Assembly: GCF_001194135.2 (NCBI RefSeq)
Contig: NC_068988.1
Span: forward strand, 74,378,819 to 74,442,818
Origin: Octopus bimaculoides
Taxonomy: Eukaryota
Reading direction: 5' to 3'
DNA: 64,000 bases
Shown here: positions 1-12,284 of the stretch, piece after piece
Position numbering within the stretch: the stretch's first letter is position 1
Layout: each line of letters starts with the position of its first letter
Made by a program: the position numbers and the translations under genes
The notes under the pieces: model-generated
Databases searched by the model: none
What the model saw: the letters and a program-made list of their open reading frames with translations, nothing else
Told to the model about the DNA's origin: nothing

Positions 1-1985
1 GTAGCAGGGTCCAAGGAACATTTCCAGATGAGCCATCTTTCCATATTACAAAGACCACACTTGCCACTACTGTTGGTATAAGGTTTACACTTGGCTAAGA
101 TCTTTCAGTAAATCCTGTAGTTGACACCTTGTTCTTTTAAGAACCATATATAACTGGATAATTTGGTAGCTTTCCATTTATTCCAGCCTCTGAAGCTTAA
201 AGTGTGATTGTTGAACCCTGTTTTGAAATTTCCCTCTGTGAGACCCACATATCTCTTGGATTAAGCTGTATTATTAGCGTTTGTAGAATTTACGGTGGCT
301 TCATAAATAATGGCCTTGGTCATACAGACTCCATTTAGCAGGCAAAGTCTTTATCCCTGCAGGAACAGCCAGCTTCATGTTGTTGCATTACATTCTGTGT
401 AATTATGTTTTTAAAATTTGGAGTTGAACTAAAACTAATTTTTAGGTTATGCCTATTAAAAAGTTTTCTATATTCATGATGTATTGGAAAATCTCTATTT
501 ATAAGTGACAAGAAATATTGACCTATATTAAAGATTACTTCGGGGGAGTAAGGGGGTGTGAACCAGATAATTTTCCTGTGTCTATGTTTTCTTTTCTTTA
601 TTTCTGGCCTAATAGTAGGTATATAAGCTATTTCCTCTTTAAATCCACTAGCTTTAAGGGCATTGTTATATAGTGGGACAGCATTATTAAATATGTTTAT
701 ATTGGAGGAGAGGCTAGAAATTATCCTACTAATATTCTTAACTAAAGTCTTAAACACTATGGGGTAGGTGGGTGGCAGGAACCTACATTAATATAGCTAA
801 GTCTATTGTTGGGCTTTCTGTAGGGTTTGTAAATATTCTTTTGCAAATCTAGAGGTAAGTCAAGGAAATTGACAACTGTCAAGTTGGTATCATTTGCTAA
901 GATCGAATGTTTTCTTAAGATGGATAATATCCTTCCTTAACCGATTTTGCACTGGTCCACTGGTATTCTTAACTAAAACTAGAGGATCGTCCCTGTAAAT
1001 AGTGAAATATACTCCAGGAAAAGCTTCTCCTAATGTGTCAAGTAGGAATAGCCCAATGAGGTCGCATATGCCTGCTCCATCATATGACCCCATGTTCACA
1101 TTGAAAGAGCTCTCTGTGTCTGCTGTCTTGACCCACTCTGTGTTCTCACTGAAGAGTAAGGTCTTTCTAGCATGGAGGATTATATCCTTATCTTGTTCAC
1201 TAATCTCTGTAAAATCGCTTCCGAAAATGAGGGCTTTATCTAGCAGTTTTCTAGAAATAGATGCATAGAAATTTACAATATCAAATTGTGTAAATCTTGC
1301 TTTATTCTTATTACTAATTGCTTTAAACCAGTTAACAACTTTTCTACTATTGGACCATTGTACTAAATTAATTGCCCTTCTAACTTTAGCATTGATTTTT
1401 ACAAAAAATTTCCTTACTGATTTTGCAGGGTTAATTCGTCTACATTCAGGATTAGATAGGAAGTTCTTTTTATGGTCCTTAATAGTTATAAAGGCCTCTT
1501 TTTTTGGAAGGATCTCTATTTTTTAAATCTAATTTAAACCTAGCAGCGATGACACTACCTTCTTCATTAATGTAGTTATAAACTTGCAGTCTAGCTTTAG
1601 TGTAATTACTAACATTGTTATGTAGGAGTTGTGATTGGTTTTATCAGAAAAAAAGTACCATTTTTTTGGAATTTCTAATGTTTTTAATGTCCTTTTTCAG
1701 TTTCTGTTGAAAAGTGTTGAAAAGGACTTACGAAATTAGGTTTTGTTTATAAGCTTCAGTAGATCCGTTTTGAAATTTTCTAAGTCCTTGATTTTGGAAG
1801 GGAATTTCTTTGATTTATTTTCATGGTATATGTTCTCTGTGATAGACTCTTCATTGTTGTAATGGAAGACTTTCCATCTCATACATTTAATAAGATGTGT
1901 AATTTTCTCCAATAGTTTTTTAGAGTATAGTTCCCTGGATGGTATAGGTATGTTTTTCATTGAGTAATCAATACTGTAATAGTGC
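1..1985 (-). mobile_element. Penelope-like retroelement (N-terminus, RT, thumb, GIY-YIG), frameshifted; runs to the window start
   Basis: Minus-strand peptides: YSMKNIPIPS..Y..KLLEKI..MRWK (PLE N-terminus), MGSYDGAGICDLIG..YRDD (RT, 890-1099), WFTPPYS..NIGQYFL..FNRHNLKISFS (335-757), and YVGLTEGNFK..KCGLC (GIY-YIG, 1-330). Confidence 0.9.
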
Positions 1986-2930
1986 ATATTTTCCAGTGGA
2001 GAAGTGAAAACACTTTGGAATTGTTTATTTAGTGCTTCATTTATCTTACCTGAGTCTGCAGTTAGTGAGCTGTTTTTACCAAATAGTGGCCCTATTTTAT
2101 AGCGTACTGAGGCAGACTCCTTTGCCAATGTGTAGAAGGTTTTAGGATTTCTTTTTATATTTTCGACTGCCCAGGTTTCTTTCTTCTCTTTCTATTTCAT
2201 GGGAGATTTTGAGTTTATTTTCAATCTCAAAGAGTTTCTCTATCAGGTGGGATTTCATGATTCAAGATCTTTATTCTCTGCCATATGAGTATTCTCCTGT
2301 CTCAGGGAATGATGTCTTTGTGTGTATTGGCTCTCTTCTCTGGAACATATTTAATGCATATGGCTAGTATTATTGACATGAATTTATTGAGTTTCATATC
2401 TATGTCTTGCACAGAGAGGCTTTTGGGTATTTATTTTTCAAGTGACTTCCAGTCAGCCTTATAGAAATTTAGGCAGCACAGGGTTTGAGTGCCATCTGTG
2501 TGGAGTTTCTTTAGTTAATTCCAGGCCATACATTGTCAGTTCTATCATGTTGTGCTCTAAGAATATTGTCAGTGATATGTTTACATTGTGGATAATTTCC
2601 ATATTGTTTGTAAAGCAGAGGTCCAGGATATTTTTGTGCCTGGTTGGAGAGAGTATGATCTGCTCCATGAATAGCATTTTCCTAAGATCAGGAGAAGAGA
2701 TTCTGCTTCATTTCACACTTTGTGTGTCATTCCACTGTGACTTCTTTTTCTTCTGTCCATATGGAAGATAGCATACATTGGTATGTGTATCTCCGCATCA
2801 TTTATGTCTGCAGACAGATGTGCTTCTGTAAGTGCAATGCATACAGCTTGCTTGCATGCAGAAAGACTCTTCAGGAGTGCAATTTTGCATTTTCTGTTGT
2901 TCTGTAGCAGGCCTCTTATATTTTTTGTAG
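1986..2930 (-). mobile_element. CR1/L2-type LINE fragment (endonuclease to linker)
   Basis: EQIILSPTRHKNILDLCFTNN (APE endonuclease C-terminal motif, 2459-2677) and IGPL..LT.D..INEALNKQFQSVFT (CR1 linker, 2000-2128). Confidence 0.75.
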
Positions 2931-4044
2931 AAAAGGCATTGGTGTTGGTGTGATGGGTGGCCAGGTGGCATTGGTGGTCAACTGGGGTCTGTCAATTGAT
3001 GACGTTTTTGTGTTGCTGCTGATCCTATGTGTGATATCTTCCCTAGAAATGTGACGTTATTTTGTTTATTAGGTATTTTGTAGCCTTCTGCTCTTTTATG
3101 TATGTATGCATATATATGTATATATATAAGTATATATGTATGCATGCATATGTGTACATATGTATGTATGTATGTATATCTATATATGCATGCATGCAAG
3201 CATGTATGGAAGCATGTATGTATATATGTCAGTCTATGTATCTATGAATATGTGTGTGTTTGTGTGTGTGTAAACTTGCATGTATGCATCTATATATGTA
3301 TATGTGTATTGCCATCAACCACACCTCCACTCTTGTTCACCATTCACTACACTCACATCTAGCCCTATCTCTAACCATTTGTTCCTCCTCTCTTATGCTG
3401 CTATGGAATTATCTGCCCTCTCCTTCTCCCCTAACCCTTTGCCTATATTCTCTCTTATACTCATCTTATACCATGAGAATTTATTCTGGCCCCTCATCAT
3501 CACCATCTACATTCACCCACCCTCGTGCACAATGCAGTGTAGACATGTAACACCTCTATTGAAAGACACCTGTACTTGTTCATCTAGCATACGTTTATCT
3601 TCAACACCCCACTCTCAAATACAGTACCACTCAGTAGAGGAAGCTTTTTCTTTACTCTTCTTTTTGTCTCTCAAATTACTTGACAACTTCATTCATGTCA
3701 GTCTCATGAAAAAAGTACCGTGCACACACTGCAAAGCATTTAACATTAGGAAAGGTATCCGACTATAGAACTATGTCAAAGCATACAGTGGAACCCAACA
3801 CAGCCCTGCAGCTCTTCAGATCCATCCAAATTAGGCAACCGGTGCCAGTGTAGAAAATGGACCTTAACTGATAATGATAATGTATGTATATATATATATG
3901 TGTGTATGCATATATTTATGTATATATATATATGTAGGTATCCCAAATTGTAGGCCACTTTTATGTACACTATAGAGTAAGGTCACAGGCTATGTGACTT
4001 CAAGTAATTTCTATAAAGCCAAGCAATGTAAGGGGCTGCTGCAA

Positions 4045-4084
<40 letters not shown>

Positions 4085-4089
4085 TTTGT

Positions 4090-4690
4090 AAAAAAACATA
4101 AATCCGAAAGAAGTACACTCTGAGATGTAGAGCAGTATATATTAAAAATGGGAAAGGCCGGTTTATGGGATTACCTTAGGTTTCCTGTTCATAAAGGGTT
4201 TAGCTTTATGGCGTATTGTCGGATTCCCAAAACCTGTTGGCCCATGACCTCTTAGAAACATGGAGAGGGAAATCCCTCATTACTCAAAGGTAGCAATTGG
4301 GGATTATCTCCCTTTGCTATCGACTTCCGGCTGTGCCGCCATCTTGTGGGCTCCAAAAAGCTAGCAGGAACCTCCTGAAATGTAAACATGGCCCGAAAAT
4401 CTCCATTCTGAAGTTAAGGATGTTCCCTAGTTCGAGTGAGTCCTTTAGGATTCTTGTGTGTTCAGCTATGCATAACTTGCAACACTTTGTTCCGTTGATG
4501 TAGGGGCCTGCGTTCTCGAGGCTTTTCCATGAGATCGAGTATGGAATCCCATTGTCCCTTAGTTGCCAGGCATGTCTGGTCAGTGATGTTACATATCTCC
4601 TTTCTAGAGCTCTGAAGGAAGACCTGTGGTTGGAGAGACATTGCTTGAAAGAGTTTCCTTCCACATATGCATTCCTTAGATACATGACAC
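4090..4690 (-). mobile_element. PLE 3' fragment: GIY-YIG end plus terminal repeat
   Basis: ORF 4317-4685 FKQCLSNHRSSF..SLTRHAWQL..SISW..KCCKLC..E..N.RMEIFGPCLH; 4140-4235 is homologous to 54365-54460. Confidence 0.85.
4166..4229 (-). ncRNA. degenerate hammerhead ribozyme motif in PLE terminal repeat
   Basis: Minus strand GGGAAT-CCGACAA-stem II-GAAA-CC TAA GG-TA-ATCCC; two core positions differ from CUGANGA. Confidence 0.5.
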
Positions 4691-4739
4691 TTCAAAGTAG
4701 TTTGACACATACTTGTAATGAGACAGGTTGTATTTTGTG

Positions 4740-5785
4740 CATTAGAGATTATCCTCATTATTTGGAAAAACAAAATGAACATTATTGATTTCACATGCTT
4801 TTATATTTTAAAAATGCAAGAAAGTGGCAGAAACCTGCAGAAAGATATGCCCTGTGAATGGAAAAGATACTATTACAGAACATGTGTCAAGTGATTTTCC
4901 AGATTTCAATAAGGAAATTTTTCGGTTCAATATGCATTTTGCTCTGGTTGGCCAACTGAGATTAACAGTGACACCAACATCTGTTATATGACCAGGATGA
5001 TCTAGATATTCTCCAGATATCCAAATCAAGTGTTGAAAACCATCTGCATCAACTCAGATACATTAGCAAGCTCAACGTGAGGGTCTTACATCAATTGAAT
5101 GTGGCTAACTTTGCCCAACAAATTTCCATTTGTGATTCATTGTAGAAACAAAGAAAATTACACTTTCTTGAAGAGAATGGATACTGGTGTTGGTGAACTG
5201 GTAAGAGAATTGTGAAGTGCAAGCAGTCATGGGAGAAGTGCAGCAAATCACTGCAAACAACCCCAAAAGCAGGACTTCACTTGAAAAAGCTTATGCTTTC
5301 AATTTGGTGGGATTGGAAAGGTTTTGTCTTTTATGAGATTCTTCCCACAGACAGATCTGTCAACTTGGATATTAACTGCAACCAGCTGGACAAAAATTAA
5401 ATGCAGCAATCCACCAGAAGTGTCCAGTATTTGCTAATCATAAAGGCATTGTCTTTCATCCTGACAATACCAGACTGCACAGTTCTTTACACATTCAGCA
5501 GAAGTTACTGGGGTTTGGCTGGGAAGTTTTGCTGCACTCTCCATATTTGATCAACTTTGTGCCTTCAGACTTCCACCTGTTTCAGTCTCTTCAAAATTTA
5601 TTGAATGGACAAACCTTCCATTAAAGACAGGTAATTCTTTGAACAAGGTATAATGGATCTGCCCACAAGATGGCAGTAGACACTTGAATGAAACAGTAAT
5701 TATAAATTACTTTGTGTTTAAAACGTGTCTTATTTTCACTTAATAAAAAAACAAACTGAATGGACTTTTTAGCCAACCCAATATA
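4740..5785 (+). mobile_element. mariner (DD34D) transposon remnant
   Basis: KQNEH..KVAETCRKIC (HTH region), ISKSSVENHLHQL, TTPKAGLHLKKLMLSIWWDWKG, decayed HPDN/PYxxD region; right TIR-like end ggactttttagccaacccaata followed by TA. Confidence 0.85.
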
Positions 5786-6069
5786 TATCCCTGCTCCTGT
5801 TTAGTGTACACACACACACACACACACATAAAAACAAAGCTGTTTAACTATACATGTCTCTCCTACCAGCAGTTAGTCATCATTTGTACAATGTACAGAG
5901 AGATAGGTTGAAGCTACTGGAATTGTTTAGTGACCAATATCACAGCTTGTTGAGTCATAGCTGCTCTTGTCAACTTGCTATTGATTTTAGTTAAAATATA
6001 ATCAGTTCGTTAATATATGAATGTGTGCGTGTGTGCGTGCGTGTGCTTGTATATATATTAATACATATT

Positions 6070-6765
6070 GCCTCATTCATTCAAACTCATCTATTCTCTA
6101 AAATAATTCTTTCTTGTTTGTTCTGTCCCTGAAATGACTAACCTTGTTTCTTGGCTACATGTATATAACATATTTCACACTTTTCTCTAAAATAATTCTT
6201 TCTTGTTTGCTCTACCCCTTAAAATGACTTATTAATTCATCAAATAACTTCCAAATTGTAATCTTTCTCTCTAAAATAATAATTCCTTCCCTTGTTTCTT
6301 GACTACATATATNNNNNNNNNNNNNNNNNNNNNNNNNNNNNNNNNNNATATATATATATATATATATATATATACGCATTTCAAACTGTTTGCTAAAATA
6401 ATTTCATTCCTGTCTGTATCTCTCTTATTTCTTGCTGAAATGGCTACTCCCTGCTATTTCTCTTCTAGCTTAGAGCAAAGTCTGCCATCTTCGTTCATTT
6501 TTGGCTATCCCCTCCACACATGTCCCCCCACCTATCTCAGACTTGCGTTAGTTTATTCCATGTGTTTGGCTGTTTGATGACACTTGAAAATATGCACAGC
6601 TAAGCTAAGAATTTCTCTTGTTTTTTAATCGCCTCATTCATTGAAACTCATCTATTCTCTAAAATAATTCTTTCTTGTTTGTTGTGCACCTAAAATGACT
6701 AACTTTGTTTCTTGGCTACATCTATATATAACATATTTCATACTTTTCTCTAAAATAATTCTTTT
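6070..6765 (+). repeat. degenerate local tandem duplication (~130-bp block at 6070 and 6631; ~87-bp sub-period)
   Basis: gcctcattcatt.aaactcatctattctctaaaataattctttcttgtttg occurs twice; ttctctaaaataa recurs five times; spans a gap. Confidence 0.75.
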
Positions 6766-7049
6766 TCGTGTCCATGGTTGCATCCACCCTTTCCCACCCC
6801 CACCACCAATACCAGAAATCTCTTTCTCTTACTTGACATCCAGTTGCCCTTCCCCTCTCTCCTCTGATATTGGTAATCTTGCCACCCTTTCCTTTTTCTC
6901 CCATCCACCATCCCTGGACTAACTAAACCAGACAGTAGCCCACTTACCCTCACTCCCTCTCTCTCTTTTTTTTTACATTTGTATCTGCAGCATCAGTAAT
7001 GCTTACACTCACAATGCTCATAAAACTTATATTTACAACACCCCAAACA

Positions 7050-10000
7050 CTTTCATATACAATGCTTCCTTACTCCCACCCCTCCAGTAGAGGCAACAAC
7101 CTTAACGATTCGAACATGCTTGAATGATGGTAGATTAAAAGCAATAACAACTATTATGACATCTGTTACCATATGATCAGGAGAACTTTCTTTTCAGGTG
7201 CTGAATAACATCTCTCCTTCCTGTGTTACCTCTCATATCTCTTTCCCAGTTTCCAGGGTTGACACTGTAAATGTAGGCACATTGAAAGGTAGGTCTAGCG
7301 AGATTGTAGAGATGCTTGAATGGAGATGTGCGTACAAGAGGTAAGGTGGAGAGGAGCTTCAGCTAGAGTCCTCACAGACAAAGCACATAGGTATAAACTC
7401 TTCTAGGAAGGTAATAGTGATGGAATAGGGGTGTGGGCATACTTCTTGCAGAGAAATGGGTGGATAAGGCCATAGAGATAGTGAGAGTGTGCGATAGAGT
7501 ACTTAAACTCAGGCTAGTCTTGCAGGATGGTATAGCTACAATTATCTCCGCCTACGCCCCACAAGAGGGCCTACCAAATGAATAGAAGGATCACTTTTAT
7601 GATATTCTTTTGCAGGCTACCTCAAAGACAAGTGACAATAACCTCATCTTTGTAGCTGGAAATTTTAATGGGCATATTGGACAGCAGCCTGGTATCTTCC
7701 ATGGTGTACATGGGGACCATGGAGTTGGTACCAGAAATGAAGAGGGACTAGGCTCCTGGAGTTCTGTGATGCAAATAACCTATTGATCTGCAACACTAAC
7801 TTCAGGAAACTAGCTAGCCACCTGATAAGCTATCAATCACGTGATTCTGCTAGCCAGGTTGATTTCATTCTCACCAGACAGTGGAGTGCATGGTTGCTCT
7901 TAAATACAAAGACCCTCCCTGGTGAAGAATGTATCCCCCAGCATAGACTAGTTATTAGTGACTTTAGACTCAAGGCCAGAAGGATGCCAAAAAGTGGACG
8001 AATCTGGAAAAGAAGGACATTGACGCTTAAGAACCCTTCATATGGTCAGAGATTTAGGGATATCCTTACTGAGAAATTTGATGATAGGGAGGAGGAGCTA
8101 CAGTCCTGTGAAATAGAAGACAGCTGGGAATTCCTGTAAGACAGCTTGCTGAGCACCACAGACCAAATCTGTGGCTGGTGCAAAAGCCCCTTCCAGATTT
8201 AGGTAACATAGTAGTGGAACAATACTGTAGACAGAGCCATTAGAGCAAAGAAATAGGCTTGGGAGGCCTGGAAGAGTGGAGGTAGCAGGAGGATGTATCA
8301 GATAGCCAAAAGGGAAGCTAGGAGTCAGGTATAAATAGCCAAGGGAGTAGCAGAAAAGAAGTTTGCCAATGTTGTTCCGCGATGTGAGGACCTAAGAACT
8401 GAAGTATTTCGGATTGCAAGACATTGTGTGAGAGAAAACTGTGATGTCATAGGAGAGAAATATATCTGCATGCATGATGGTGCCTTTGCGTTTAATGAGT
8501 CTACAAAAAAAGAGGCTTGGAGATGCCATTATGAAAGACTGTTGAACGAGGTGAATGAATGGGAGGAGGAGAGTCTGCCAAAGGTTGACCCAATTGAGGG
8601 ACCAGCTACGTGAATTGACAGTACCCTGGTAGATAAAGCAATTAAGAATATGAAGATAGGGAAAGCACCTGGCCCATCAGGAATCACCACTGAGATGCCT
8701 AAAATATCAGGCAGTGTGGGTTATGGTCTTGTCACCTGAATCATAAATCAGGTAGTTCATGAAGGAGTCATACCCAATGACTGGTATAGTAGCACCATAG
8801 TCAACTACTACAAGGGTAAAGGTGATGCTTTAGACAGAGATAACTACAGGGCTATCAAATTATTGGATCAGGTGATGAAAGTTACAGAGAGGGTCATAGC
8901 TCAACTAATTAAGGAGAGAGTTAGTCTAGATGAGACGCAGTTTGATTTTTTTACCAGGCAGAAGCACCACTGAAGCTATATCTCTGGTAAGGCAACTGCA
9001 GGAGAAATATCTAGCCAAAGATAAACCTCTGTACTTGGCTTTTGTTGACTTGGAGAAAGTCTTTGACACGGTCCCCTGATCTTTTATCCGGTGGTCAACG
9101 TAGAAACTGTGGATGGTAAGCGTTGTACAAGCCCTGTACAGGGATGCTGTAAGTAAGGTGAGGGCTGGCAACGAGTATAGTGAAGAGTTCTAAGTAGAAG
9201 TAGGGGTTCACCAAAGATCAGTCCTCAGCCCCCTCTTATTCATTATAGTCCTCCAGGCAATAACAGAAGAATTCAAGACAGAATGCCCCTGGGAGCTCCT
9301 CTATGCTGATGACCTTGCCCTAATAGCCAAGTCATTGCCAGAACAAGGGACAAAATTTAGGGCGTGGAAGCAAGATCTAGAATCGAAGGGCCTTAGTAAG
9401 TAGGAAGGCTGTCAAATCACAAACCGCTGTTTGATCTGTAGAAAAGGTGTGGGTAGAAACTCCATACAATGCACCCGGTGTAAGCTATGGACACACAAAA
9501 GGTGCAGCAATATCAAAGGAAGGTTAACTGGGAAGATAGTTTTTGTGTGTGGTAGATGCACAGGGTCAAAAGACTAAGGGCCTCTCGCTCAGGATGAAAG
9601 GTAGACTGTATGATGCATGCGTGCAAACTACTGTGCTACACGGCAGTGAAACATGGACCATGACTGCTGAAGACATGCGTAGGCTTGAAAGAAATAAAGC
9701 TAATATGATCCGCTGGATGTCAGTGTGCATACACAACAGAGTGTAAGTGCCTTGAGAGAAAAGTTGGGCACAAGAAGCATCAAATGTGGTGTACAAAAGA
9801 GATGACCGCGTTGGTATGGTCATGTGTTATATATGGATGAGGACAGCTGCGTGAGGAAGTGCCACTACCTGACTGTCGAAGGAACCTGTGGAAGAGGTAG
9901 ACTCAGGAAGACATGGGATGAGGTGGTGAAGCATGACCTTCAAACATTGGGCCTCACAGAGGCAAGGATAGGAGACCAAGACCTTTGGAGATATACTGTG

Positions 10001-10685
10001 ATTGAGAAGACCCGTCGATTAAAGGGAGATCGCAGTCATGCATGTCTGGCCCAGTTAAAAGTACCCCTGATGCGTGGGACGATATGATATGCTTGAGAAG
10101 ACCTGTTGAATCAAGTAAAACCGATATCGTAGCTGTGTCCAGTGCCCCCTGACTGGCTCCTATGCTGGTGGTGCATAAAAAGCACCATCCAAATGTGGCT
10201 GATGCTAGTACCCACTGACTGGCTCCCATACCAGTGACACATAAAATGCACTATCTAAACATGATCGATGCCAGGACTGCCTGACTGGCCCCCGTGCTGG
10301 TGGCACATAAAAAGCACTGTCCGAACATGGCCCATGCCAGTACCCTGACTGGCTTCTGTACGAGTGGCACATTAAAAGCACTATCCAAACGTGGCTGATG
10401 CCAGTATCCCCTGACTGGCTTCCATGCCGGTGGCATGTAAAAAGCACCATCCGAGCGTGGCTGATGTCAGTACCCACTGACTGGTCCCTGTGCTGGTGGC
10501 ATGTAAAAATCACCCACTACACTCTCAGAGTGGTTGGCATTAGGAAAGGCATCTAGCTGTAGAAACATTGCCAGATGAGATTGGAGCCTGGTGCAGCAGC
10601 TGGCTCTCCAAACTTCAGTCAAACCGTCCAACCCATGCGAGCATGGAAAACGGACGTTAAACGATGATGATGATGATGATATATA
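7050..10685 (+). mobile_element. near full-length decayed RTE-clade LINE with tandem-repeat 3' UTR and (GAT)n tail
   Basis: TVNVGTLKGR endonuclease start at ~7256, QVDFILTR, YKGKGDALDRDNYRAIKLLDQVMK, YADDL at 9302-9316, KGRLYDACVQT.VLHGSETW, GRGRLRKTW; internal deletions; ~66-bp tandem units at 10150-10500; tail at 10665-10680. Confidence 0.93.
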
Positions 10686-10719
10686 TCTATACACTCATAA
10701 GTATGAATGATGTAAGTAT

Positions 10720-11180
10720 ATATATGTCTCTGTTGGCATGTAAAATGCACCATCCAAGTGTCGCCGATGTCAGTGCTGCCTGACTGGCACCCGTGTGAGT
10801 GACATTTAAAAAACACATTTCAAGTGTGGCCTATGCTAGTACTGCCTGACTGGCACCTCTGCCAGTGACATGTAAAAACACCATTCGAGCGTGACCGATG
10901 CCAGTGCTGCCTGACAGGCACCTGTGCGGGTGGCACATAAAATGCTCCATTTGAGCGTGGCTGATGTCAGTGCTACCCAATTGACTCCCATGCCAGTGAC
11001 ACATAAAAGCACCCACTACAATCTTGGAGTGGTTGGCATTAGGAAGGGTATCCAACTGTAGAAACCTTGCCAAATTAGATTGGAGCTCAGTGCAGCCTCC
11101 TGGCTTGCCAGTTCTCAGTCAAACTGTCCAACCCATGACAGCATGGAAAGCAGACATTAAATGACGATGATGATGATGAT
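10720..11180 (+). mobile_element. RTE 3'-UTR-derived short retroposon copy
   Basis: Same ~65-bp units and the same 3' end (..aacccatg..gcatggaa..cgttaaa(gat)n) as 10150-10685. Confidence 0.85.
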
Positions 11181-11193
11181 ATGTGAATATATA

Positions 11194-11258
<65 letters not shown>

Positions 11259-12284
11259 NNNNNNNNNNNNNNNNNNNNNNNNNNNNNNNNNNNNNNNNNN
11301 NNNNNNNNNNNNNNNNNNNNNNNNNNNNNNNNNNNNNNNNNNNNNNNNNNNNNNNNNNNNNNNNNNNNNNNNNNNNNNNNNNNNNNNNNNNNNNNNNNNN
11401 NNNNNNNNNNNNNNNNNNNNNNNNNNNNNNNNNNNNNNNNNNNNNNNNNNNNNNNNNNNNNNNNNNNNNNNNNNNNNNNNNNNNNNNNNNNNNNNNNNNN
11501 NNNNNNNNNNNNNNNNNNNNNNNNNNNNNNNNNNNNNNNNNNNNNNNNNNNNNNNNNNNNNNNNNNNNNNNNNNNNNNNNNNNNNNNNNNNNNNNNNNNN
11601 NNNNNNNNNNNNNNNNNNNNNNNNNNNNNNNNNNNNNNNNNNNNNNNNNNNNNNNNNNNNNNNNNNNNNNNNNNNNNNNNNNNNNNNNNNNNNNNNNNNN
11701 NNNNNNNNNNNNNNNNNNNNNNNNNNNNNNNNNNNNNNNNNNNNNNNNNNNNNNNNNNNNNNNNNNNNNNNNNNNNNNNNNNNNNNNNNNNNNNNNNNNN
11801 NNNNNNNNCATGAACTCATCAATGAAAATCCACTGTCACATATACAAAAATTAATAATTAAAAGCACAATAAATAAGTATAATATAATACAAAGTAAATA
11901 TCATAAGATGAAGATAATAAAATGACTACACGTATTTCATAATCAATTTTCAAATAGAAAGAAGTTTAAATCGATTAAAACTATCAAAAATCAATTCTAT
12001 TCAAAAATATAGCTAATCTTGAGGTCAAAATACAACAATAATAATAATAAATGAATGTATATATCAACCAACAATAAATAACAAATAAATGTATATAAAA
12101 TACTTATTATATAAAGATAGAAAAATATTATTAAAATATCAAAATAATAAATATTCCATAATCAACCCTATGTCCATTATAAAATAAGCTATTATATACA
12201 AAAACCAACTTATACAAATTTTTTCGTTTAAAATACAATTTGAACAAAGTTTAAGGTTAAAATAATAAAGATAGTATTAGCACA

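Noticed and set aside
1-330. Possible selenocysteine (TGA at Cys positions) in PLE GIY-YIG domains, as reported for some PLE clades
   Set aside because: The Cys codons inspected at 1-100 are ordinary TGT, and the 4317-4685 frame reads through its Cys positions without stops; no evidence of recoding.
2978-3362. HT/CV/YI-repeat ORFs here and at 15.7-16.2, 20.4, 23.0, 30.6, 35.7-36.4, 38.2, 50.2 and 56.7 kb
   Set aside because: Translations of microsatellites; no coding features.
10150-10500. Regularly spaced ~66-bp units resembling a CRISPR array
   Set aside because: No unique spacers, eukaryotic context, no cas genes; it is the RTE 3' UTR tandem repeat.
11119-11925. ORFs of 200-250 aa in the track
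   Set aside because: They run through an N gap and (TG)n; artefacts.
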